NCBI RefSeq assembly: GCF_047555085.1
Contig: NZ_CP180230.1
Location: forward strand, 1,014,239 to 1,046,238
Length of the DNA: 32,000 nt
Direction: 5' to 3'
From: Candidatus Saccharimonadota bacterium
Lineage (GTDB): Archaea > Nanohalarchaeota > Nanosalinia > Nanosalinales > Nanosalinaceae
The notes under the pieces were generated by a model. That model searched no databases. It worked only from the letters and a program-made list of their open reading frames with translations, and had not been told where the DNA came from. The number at the start of each line of letters is the position of its first letter. Positions within the stretch are counted from its first letter, which is position 1. Below are positions 10,120-16,600 of this stretch, piece by piece. Position numbers and translations under genes: made by a program.

Positions 10120-10127
10120 TTAATTAA
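10120..10127. promoter_or_regulatory. palindromic TATA-like element TTAATTAA shared by two divergent, probably leaderless genes
   Basis: This is the only strongly A/T-rich element in the 51-nt spacer 10096-10146. It is centred about 24 nt upstream of ATG 10147 (+) and about 28 nt upstream of ATG 10095 (-). Confidence 0.3.
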
Positions 10128-10146
10128 TCACTGAAAAAATAACTGT

Positions 10147-11046
10147 ATGAAAATCGCTGTCACCGGAGGAGCAGGATTCATAGGATCACACCTGTGCGAA
10201 AAACTCGTAGAAAAACATGAAGTAACCGCAGTAGATAACTTCTCCTCAGGCCTCAGAGAAAACCTGCCCGAAAAAGTAGAAATTGTAGAACACGACATAA
10301 AAGAAAAAGGCCTGGAAGAAATTTTCCAGGACAAAGACGTCGTCTTCCATCTGGCAGCGAATCCAAAAGTCAATACTTTCCCGGATGACAGAGATAAAGA
10401 CTTTGATGAAAACCTTGAGGGAACTCACAACGTTCTGGATGCAGCAGAGACCTCAAACGTCGAAGAAATAATTTTCACATCTTCATCAGTTGTCTACGGC
10501 GAAGACGCCGAGATACCGACACCTGAAGACGCCAACCTCGATCCTATCTCGATGTACGGGGCGACAAAAGCCGGAGGAGAACACATGTGCAGCGTCTACT
10601 CCGAGATATTCGATATAGACCTGACTATCGTCAGACTGGCGAATATAGTCGGCGGCCGGAATCAGAAAGGCGTAATCTACGATTTTATCCACAAACTGAA
10701 AGACAACCCGGAGAAACTCGTCATCCTCGGAAACGGAAAACAGAGGAAATCATACCTACACGTCGAAGACACTGTAGAAGGATTCATCAAGGCCTGGGAA
10801 TCCGATAAAACAGTTTTCAACATCGGAAGCGAGGACTCCATCGACGTAGATGGCATAGCCGAAATAGTAGCCGAAGAAATGGATCTTGAACCAGAATACG
10901 AGTACACAGGCGGAGAGAAAGGCTGGGAAGGCGACGTACCCGAGATGCGTCTGAGTATAGAAAAACTGAAAAACGAAGGATGGAGGCCTGAACACAACTC
11001 CTCCAGCTCCGTCAGGAAAACAGTCCAGGAACTTCTGGACAGATAG
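10147..11046 (+). CDS. NAD-dependent nucleotide-sugar epimerase/dehydratase (extended SDR)
   Basis: 299 aa with TGGAGFIGSHL, TSSSVVYG and the catalytic YGATK. Confidence 0.85.
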   Translation: MKIAVTGGAGFIGSHLCEKLVEKHEVTAVDNFSSGLRENLPEKVEIVEHDIKEKGLEEIFQDKDVVFHLAANPKVNTFPDDRDKDFDENLEGTHNVLDAAETSNVEEIIFTSSSVVYGEDAEIPTPEDANLDPISMYGATKAGGEHMCSVYSEIFDIDLTIVRLANIVGGRNQKGVIYDFIHKLKDNPEKLVILGNGKQRKSYLHVEDTVEGFIKAWESDKTVFNIGSEDSIDVDGIAEIVAEEMDLEPEYEYTGGEKGWEGDVPEMRLSIEKLKNEGWRPEHNSSSSVRKTVQELLDR

Positions 11047-11050
11047 AAAT

Positions 11051-12118
11051 TTACTCGTTCCACGTCCAGGCAACGTTACCTGTGTAGTTCCAGGCGAAAA
11101 CGATGAGAATCGCCAGGAAGTTAGCCAGGAGATAGTAAAGGCCTGTGAACTCTGTCAACGCCCAGAAAACCGCGATCTTTATACCGAGGCCTACAAGCGA
11201 TACAGCGTTGAACTTCGCTGCTCTCGATATGAAATGCTTCAAAGTTTCTCCTCCGATGCCGTTGAACGTCCAGAGATCGTTCCAGGTGTAGTTCCAGAGT
11301 ATAGCGGCCTCAGTCGCCAGTCCAGCGGATAAGACCTGATGAAGGCCTCCGAACTGTGTCAAAAAGTACAGGAGCCCCATATCAACGAATACTCCTGTCG
11401 CTCCGACAGTTCCGAACTTCAGAGGCCTTTCGTTTTTCTTCAGGAATGTTTTGCCGAAGAAAACCGCGTTTTTAACCAGATCCATGTGGTCGTACTTTGG
11501 ATTACCGGCTCTTCTCTTTTCAAACTCTATAGGAACTTCTTTGACGCTGTATCCATTGTCGACTATCTTCAGGAGTGAAGCTGCCTGGAAATGGAATCCG
11601 TCAGGCAGATCTTCAGTAAAATCATTCATTACTTCTCTATTGTAGGCTTTGAATCCTGATGTAAAGTCTTTGACCGGGAATCCGAGGCCGTAACGGTACA
11701 GATAGCTTCCGATAAGCGGGAAGATCCTTCTGTGAAGCGGATCCTGTCTGTCGCCGTCTTCCACGTATCTTGAGCCCACAGCTACATCGTTATTTTCGAG
11801 TGCGTCGAGAAGATCGTTGATGTATCTCGGCGGATGGGAGAAATCAGCATCCATCTGGACGATTTTCTCGCCTTCAGCTTTCTGGAATCCCTCCTTGTAA
11901 GCAGAGCCGATCCCGCCTTTACCGTCTCTTTCAATAAGTTTCAGGAAATCTCTGTCCTCCTGTAAATCTTTTACTTTTTCAGCGGTACCGTCAGGCGAGT
12001 TATCATCCACTATAACGATTTCAAAGTCTCTGCCCTCCAGTTCATCTGCTATACTTTCGATCAGAGGCCTCACATTATCCGATTCATTGTACGTGGGGAT
12101 GACTACAGAGACTTCCAT
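11051..12118 (-). CDS. GT2 dolichyl-phosphate hexose (mannose) synthase-like glycosyltransferase with C-terminal GtrA-like membrane domain
   Basis: 355 aa. It has VVIPTYNESDNV, VDDNSPDGT and DADFSHPP (Dpm1/AglD-type motifs). The C-terminal roughly 120 aa has four TM helices of GtrA type (FGTVGATGVFVDMGLLYFL...). Confidence 0.85.
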   Translation of the reverse strand: MEVSVVIPTYNESDNVRPLIESIADELEGRDFEIVIVDDNSPDGTAEKVKDLQEDRDFLKLIERDGKGGIGSAYKEGFQKAEGEKIVQMDADFSHPPRYINDLLDALENNDVAVGSRYVEDGDRQDPLHRRIFPLIGSYLYRYGLGFPVKDFTSGFKAYNREVMNDFTEDLPDGFHFQAASLLKIVDNGYSVKEVPIEFEKRRAGNPKYDHMDLVKNAVFFGKTFLKKNERPLKFGTVGATGVFVDMGLLYFLTQFGGLHQVLSAGLATEAAILWNYTWNDLWTFNGIGGETLKHFISRAAKFNAVSLVGLGIKIAVFWALTEFTGLYYLLANFLAILIVFAWNYTGNVAWTWNE

Positions 12119-12200
12119 ACTTAGACGAAAAACTCAGAGGTTAAAAAACCATCCACCACTAAAAACCTTCAGCGAGAAAAAATTTTCGGAGGCCTCAAAG

Positions 12201-12992
12201 ATGATCGATGGAGAAAAAATCGCGGACAACATACTGGAACAGCTGGAGAAAACAGATGAAAGTCCGCACCTGAAGATCGTACTTGTCGGAGACAACGAGG
12301 CCTCTAAAACTTTCGTGGAGGAAAAGATGGAGGCTGCTGAAAGAATCGATTTCAAGGCCTCACTGGAAAAATTCGATGAAAAAATTTCTGAAGAAAAAAT
12401 ACTTGAGAAAATCCAGGAACTTAACTCAGATGAGGAAGTCGATGGCGTACTCGTTCAGCTGCCTCTTCCAGATCATATCGACGAAGATAGAGTATTCGAA
12501 ACTCTGGAGCCAAGAAAAGACGTTGATGGATTGACACCGGAAAATATCGGGAAAACTCTGCGTGGAAATCCTTTCACAGTTCCTGGTGCTGTAGAGGCCG
12601 TCGAAAAAATTCTGGAAGATAGAGTAAATTTTGAAGGCCTTGAAGTCACCGTGATCAACAACTCAAATCTTATCGGTAGGCCTCTATCGATGCGTTTAAC
12701 GGATAGAGGAGCGACAGTAACACTGTGTAACGAACATACAGAAGAACTGGAAAAATACACGAGAGATGCTGATGTCGTTGTGACTGCTACAGGTATGAGA
12801 GGCCTCCTGAAGCCTGAAATGGTGATGGAGGATTCTATCGTGATCGATGCTGGCTACAGCCTTGGAAAAGGTGACGTCGAGGACAAGAAAGGTATGGATG
12901 AGAAAACTGTTTTCTGTGGCGTCCCTGGCGGTGTAGGGCCTGTTACAGTCGCTGTGACTATGAAGAATCTTCTGAAATGTTACAGGGAATGA
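12201..12992 (+). CDS. folD: bifunctional methylenetetrahydrofolate dehydrogenase / methenyltetrahydrofolate cyclohydrolase
   Basis: Motifs VGDNEASKTFV, DGVLVQLPLP, DVDGLTPENIG, NSNLIGRPLSMRL and PGGVGPVTVAVTM are present. I moved the start to ATG 12201, which is preceded by GGAGG at 12187-12191. The ORF-track start at 12087 would overlap the upstream gene. Confidence 0.85.
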   Translation: MIDGEKIADNILEQLEKTDESPHLKIVLVGDNEASKTFVEEKMEAAERIDFKASLEKFDEKISEEKILEKIQELNSDEEVDGVLVQLPLPDHIDEDRVFETLEPRKDVDGLTPENIGKTLRGNPFTVPGAVEAVEKILEDRVNFEGLEVTVINNSNLIGRPLSMRLTDRGATVTLCNEHTEELEKYTRDADVVVTATGMRGLLKPEMVMEDSIVIDAGYSLGKGDVEDKKGMDEKTVFCGVPGGVGPVTVAVTMKNLLKCYRE

Positions 12993-13663
12993 TCTACATC
13001 TTTTTCTGGTGTGATGTCAAGATTGAGGAAGAATCTTTCGCCATCATCCTCAAACCATGCCAGGCCGTCACTCGTGTATGAGAGTGCTCTGAGAAGATCT
13101 ATGAACTCTCCGACTTTCATCTCTTTTTCAGTATCGATTCTAGAGGCCTCATCTAGCTCCCTGCGGAAATGCGTGGTGCCGTCTTCAGGACTTTGATCGA
13201 CTGTCTCGGGGCCTTCCTTGATCCGCTCCCAGTTTTCCACGAAGATATCGGCCTGGGCTTTCATCAGTCTCTGGCGAAGCGATCTTGAATCATCGTCAGG
13301 CCTTTTCCTGATTTTCATCCTGTCGATTATCGGGCCTTCATCGATCTCCTCGTTCATGTAATGGACTGATACACCGGCCGGCGTACCATCGATAATCGGC
13401 CAGATATACGGATGCGAGCCACGATTGTACGGAAGAAAAGAAGGATGAAGATTCACGACACCTTTCTCCGGGACTTCGATTATCTCCTTCGGAACTTTGT
13501 GCTCGAAACCTGAAGAGATCACGATATCAGGCCTCAGCTCTTCAATTAATGATAACTGTTCTTCCTCCGTCAGAAGTGCGAGAACATCTACATCCTCCCG
13601 ATGATTCAGCCACTCGTAGACTTCTTCACCGGCCTCGTTCAATCCCAGGAAAACAGCTTCCAT
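12980..13663 (-). CDS. formyltransferase-domain protein (PurN / sugar N-formyltransferase-like)
   Basis: The Formyl_trans_N signature is present: VNLHPSFLPYNRGSHPYIWPIIDG...GVSVHYMNEEIDEGPII. I set the start to ATG 13663; the track start at 13684 is TTG. Its 3' end overlaps folD by 13 nt. Confidence 0.75.
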   Translation of the reverse strand: MEAVFLGLNEAGEEVYEWLNHREDVDVLALLTEEEQLSLIEELRPDIVISSGFEHKVPKEIIEVPEKGVVNLHPSFLPYNRGSHPYIWPIIDGTPAGVSVHYMNEEIDEGPIIDRMKIRKRPDDDSRSLRQRLMKAQADIFVENWERIKEGPETVDQSPEDGTTHFRRELDEASRIDTEKEMKVGEFIDLLRALSYTSDGLAWFEDDGERFFLNLDITPEKDVDHSL

Positions 13664-13672
13664 AGAAAATTT

Positions 13673-13684
13673 TTGAGGCCTCAA
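13673..13684. repeat. perfect 12-bp palindrome TTGAGGCCTCAA in the FkbM-formyltransferase spacer
   Basis: Read directly from the sequence. It is centred on an AGGCCT copy, 10-21 nt upstream of ATG 13663 on the minus strand. Confidence 0.6.
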
Positions 13685-13708
13685 GATTCAATTAAGTAAC
13701 GGCTGATC

Positions 13709-14563
13709 TCAGAAATCTCTTTTCCAGATATAATCCTGTCCGCTTTCAGAGACAAACTCCTCTCTGCCTACCTCCTTTCCTTCAAAATCCTGGACAAGGC
13801 CTTGACTGTCAAGTATATCGAAAATTTCAGCTAGCTCGCTTTCTGACATCTTGGATGGATGTAACTCCAGAAAAATCCCGCCTATACTGTCAAGGAAATC
13901 CTGGAGACCTTTTATCACGCCGTATTCTGCTCCCTCGATATCTATCTTCAGCCAGTCAATCTCGCCGTGACTCCTGATAATCTCCGAGGCCTCTTTTACA
14001 TCGACTTCAAAGACTTCAGATACTTTATCCGCACCTCTGAGAGATGAAGCACCGGTATTCCAGTCGTTGTGCTCGAGTTCTACAGTCCCTCCAGAATCCG
14101 ATACAGCGGACTCGAAAAGATCAACGTTTCCTAGCTCATTCTCGCTAACAGTATCCTCCAGCATGGAAAAATTTACCGGATTAGGCTCATATGCAAAAAC
14201 TTTGCCGTCCTCTCCTACAGCCTTTCTCAGTATCAAAGTCGTTGAACCGATATGAGCTCCTATATCGACTGCTTTATCTCCTTCCTCTACTTTATCAAGT
14301 ATAGCATCCCTCAACTCTTTTTCGTGGAAAGTTGAACGACAGATATTTTCACCTACGTACTCACCCGGATCTACAAGAAGCTCGAATCCTTCAAAATCTA
14401 CCCATCGCTTATCGTAGAAAAACTGTCTCGAACTGTAGTAAAGGCCTACAACAGACTCTCCGACAGCTCCTGAATCCGCAAGCCTGGAGCCTAAAACTTC
14501 TCCAAGCTCTACAGCGTCAGCCTTCAAACTATTGAAAACGCCCTTACCCAGCTCCATGAACAT
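13709..14563 (-). CDS. FkbM-family SAM-dependent methyltransferase
   Basis: 284 aa with a DIGAHIGSTTL SAM-binding motif and the FkbM-type WLKIDIEGAEYGV. Confidence 0.75.
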   Translation of the reverse strand: MFMELGKGVFNSLKADAVELGEVLGSRLADSGAVGESVVGLYYSSRQFFYDKRWVDFEGFELLVDPGEYVGENICRSTFHEKELRDAILDKVEEGDKAVDIGAHIGSTTLILRKAVGEDGKVFAYEPNPVNFSMLEDTVSENELGNVDLFESAVSDSGGTVELEHNDWNTGASSLRGADKVSEVFEVDVKEASEIIRSHGEIDWLKIDIEGAEYGVIKGLQDFLDSIGGIFLELHPSKMSESELAEIFDILDSQGLVQDFEGKEVGREEFVSESGQDYIWKRDF

Positions 14564-14629
14564 AATTAGTACAAAAGCACTGATAAATGTGAAAAATGGA
14601 AGAGGCCCTGTTACAGGCCTCCGGATTTT

Positions 14630-15547
14630 CTACATGTATCCAAGCTCACGCAGACGATTCATGATCTCTTTATCATCCTTATTCTGCGCTCTTCCAGCTC
14701 TTTCTTTCGTGTTCTCCACGTCCTGAAGCCATGCAGGGATCTCATCAGACTTGTCAGTCGAAACTTCACTTCCTAGTGAGCGGAATCCTGCCCAATACTT
14801 CGGACTTATCGGTACGTCGTCTTTTGAGAGGCCTTCCGGCAGATCTGATTCGTCCTCCGGATACTCTTCAACGTCAACGCCTGTGATATCAGGTACCATG
14901 TGGAACCATGAGACGTCCCATACATCTCTCTCATCCAGCTGAAGTATCGGATGCACTCTCAAGTGATCCGGATCGCTTCTAGGACTGTAAAAGTCTTCGT
15001 CGCCTCTTGATTCGTGCTCATCCCATCTAACTCCGTTGATAACAAGCTCGATATTTTCCTCTTCAAGCAGCTCGTTCATCGGAACAGTCTTCAGAAGATG
15101 GTTCCCGGACTCGGTGTCCATCAGCCATGGAACTTCTTCAAGATCCTCATCGATCCTGGAGGCCTCTTCCTGATTCCTGTCGTTCAGCTCTGCGACAGGC
15201 ACCATATCTCCCGGCTGATCAGCTTTTTCGATCAAGTCATCATTCCTGGCGATCAATACATCGAATCCCCAGTCGCTAGCCAGACGCTCGACGTAATCTT
15301 CAAGCTCATCGAAGTGCTGGCCGTGATCCACAAACATGAAACGTGGCTTCTCGAATCCATGCTCCTCGCAGACTCTCTTTACGAGCCAAGCTGTCAAGGT
15401 CGAGTCCTTTCCTCCTGTAAATCCGATAACGGCGTTCTCCGAGCCATATTCTTCCAGGGCTCTTTTGACGACTTCCTCTCCTGCTCTGATTTTTGCCTTT
15501 ATAGGCGCATTCTCAATTTCTTCTCGTGTTACTGGTGCTTCTGGCAT
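14630..15547 (-). CDS. PAPS-reductase / CysD-like PP-loop ATP pyrophosphatase family protein
   Basis: It has the PP-loop GFTGGKDS, GVRWDEHESRG, GFRSLGS (the usual Cys is absent) and a CysD-like tail ERAGRAQNKDDKEIMNRLRELGYM. There is no CysH-type ECG(L/I)H redox motif. I set the start to ATG 15547, which is preceded by AGGAG. The track start at 15571 is TTG. Confidence 0.75.
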   Translation of the reverse strand: MPEAPVTREEIENAPIKAKIRAGEEVVKRALEEYGSENAVIGFTGGKDSTLTAWLVKRVCEEHGFEKPRFMFVDHGQHFDELEDYVERLASDWGFDVLIARNDDLIEKADQPGDMVPVAELNDRNQEEASRIDEDLEEVPWLMDTESGNHLLKTVPMNELLEEENIELVINGVRWDEHESRGDEDFYSPRSDPDHLRVHPILQLDERDVWDVSWFHMVPDITGVDVEEYPEDESDLPEGLSKDDVPISPKYWAGFRSLGSEVSTDKSDEIPAWLQDVENTKERAGRAQNKDDKEIMNRLRELGYM

Positions 15548-15567
15548 AGTAAATCCAACTCCTAATA

Positions 15568-16353
15568 TCAATTATGTTCCGGATAATCGTAATCGTAATG
15601 ATTTAAGATAGCTTTTGCAACATCCTCCGGCTGATCAATCTCAAAATCAACGTTTTTCGTGATCAAAACTGCGTCCTCATGGTGATCTCCCTCTAACTTT
15701 CCGTGAGGAGTCTCTTCCGGCAATGTCTGTACCCTTCCCTCTCCGAACTCCGCGAATCCGTGGTCTGAAAGAACGATTAGTGGCTCATCGCTTTCAAAGT
15801 CGTAATACTCAAGTAGTTCTCCCAGAACTTCATCCATCTTCTTGTACCATTCCAAGATCAGTTCCTTGTCGTTCCAGTAGAAATGGGATACTCTATCGAG
15901 CTGCATGAAGACTACTGCGAAAAATTCCGGATCATCTTCAAGAACTTCCTTCGATTTTTTGATCAATTTTCCTCTGTCGGCCTCAAGCTCATCTAAATCA
16001 GATGAGACACCGAATCCCTCTGCCTCATACTCTGTATTGTAATTAATCGGTGGGATGACAGCTGGGATCTGCAGAATCTTTAAATCAACGTCGTCCATGA
16101 CCTCCCAAACAAAATCTCCATCGATATCCTCTCTCTTCTGAAGCTCATCACCTACGACGAAATCCTTGTGATTATGCTCATCCTGGCTGAGGCCTGTAAA
16201 AATAGATGTCCACAGAGGCGCACTCTTTGGCGTCTCCTCAACAGTCACAGTCTTGTAGTCACAGGCCTCCATCAATCTATCAAAATTCGGAAGCTCATCT
16301 CTATGAGGTTTAATCATATCCCAAGTCGCCGCGTCGATTCCGATTACTTTCAA
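15568..16353 (-). CDS. alkaline-phosphatase-superfamily protein, NPP/phosphodiesterase-like (short form, divergent)
   Basis: 261 aa. Metal-site and nucleophile pattern: VIGIDAATWD, KSAPLWTSIFTG, QLDRVSHFYW, VLSDHGF, GDHHED. No TM segment and no signal peptide. Confidence 0.65.
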   Translation of the reverse strand: MKVIGIDAATWDMIKPHRDELPNFDRLMEACDYKTVTVEETPKSAPLWTSIFTGLSQDEHNHKDFVVGDELQKREDIDGDFVWEVMDDVDLKILQIPAVIPPINYNTEYEAEGFGVSSDLDELEADRGKLIKKSKEVLEDDPEFFAVVFMQLDRVSHFYWNDKELILEWYKKMDEVLGELLEYYDFESDEPLIVLSDHGFAEFGEGRVQTLPEETPHGKLEGDHHEDAVLITKNVDFEIDQPEDVAKAILNHYDYDYPEHN

Positions 16354-16359
16354 ATTAAA

Positions 16360-16557
16360 TCACCTGTCCAAATATCCAAGTTTCTCAAGTTTTTGCGCAA
16401 TTTCCTTGGCCTGTTCTTCTGAAAGTTCTTCCTCTTCTTTAGAATCCGATTCAGAAAGTTCCCTCAACTTGTCCTGGACAAATCTTGAAAGATTGATATG
16501 ATTCTCATCCACAAAATCTGCTAGATCATCCGGCAAGGAAATAGTCTTTCGCTCCAT
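16360..16557 (-). CDS. small ribbon-helix-helix (CopG/Arc-like) protein
   Basis: 65 aa from ATG 16557. MERKTISLPDDLADFVDENHINLSRFVQDKLRE fits the beta-strand/helix/helix RHH pattern, followed by an acidic tail ending LEKLGYLDR. It lies 6 nt upstream of the AlkP-like gene. Confidence 0.55.
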   Translation of the reverse strand: MERKTISLPDDLADFVDENHINLSRFVQDKLRELSESDSKEEEELSEEQAKEIAQKLEKLGYLDR

Positions 16558-16560
16558 CAA

Positions 16561-16580
16561 TATGCATAACTTATGCATAA
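16561..16580. promoter_or_regulatory. tandem TATGCATAA repeats (11-bp register), candidate RHH operator / promoter element
   Basis: TATGCATAA occurs at 16561-16569 and 16572-16580. Each copy contains the palindrome ATGCAT. The repeats lie immediately upstream of the RHH gene ATG (16557) in a 43-nt spacer. Confidence 0.3.
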
Positions 16581-16600
16581 TCATTGATAAATGTGTGGAA

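Noticed and set aside
14602-14621. Hairpin GAGGCC-N8-GGCCTC between the CysD-like and FkbM genes, considered as an intrinsic terminator or RNA element.
   Set aside because: It has only a 6-bp stem and no adjacent oligo-T tract. It is built from one AGGCCT copy and one near-copy, which are abundant everywhere, so it is probably incidental.
389-15565. Long antisense or alternative-frame ORFs overlapping confident genes, for example 389-874, 1861-2376, 7204-7803, 8669-9067, 9680-10006, 10677-11063 and 15014-15565.
   Set aside because: Each lies entirely inside a gene with clear family motifs on the other strand or in another frame. Their translations are low-complexity Ser/Pro/Arg-rich with no recognisable motifs. 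They are typical shadow ORFs.
16360-16557. The small RHH protein as the antitoxin of a toxin-antitoxin pair with the downstream gene.
   Set aside because: The downstream partner is a 261-aa AlkP-fold enzyme followed by biosynthetic genes, not a RelE/ParE/VapC-sized toxin. An operon autoregulator is the simpler reading.
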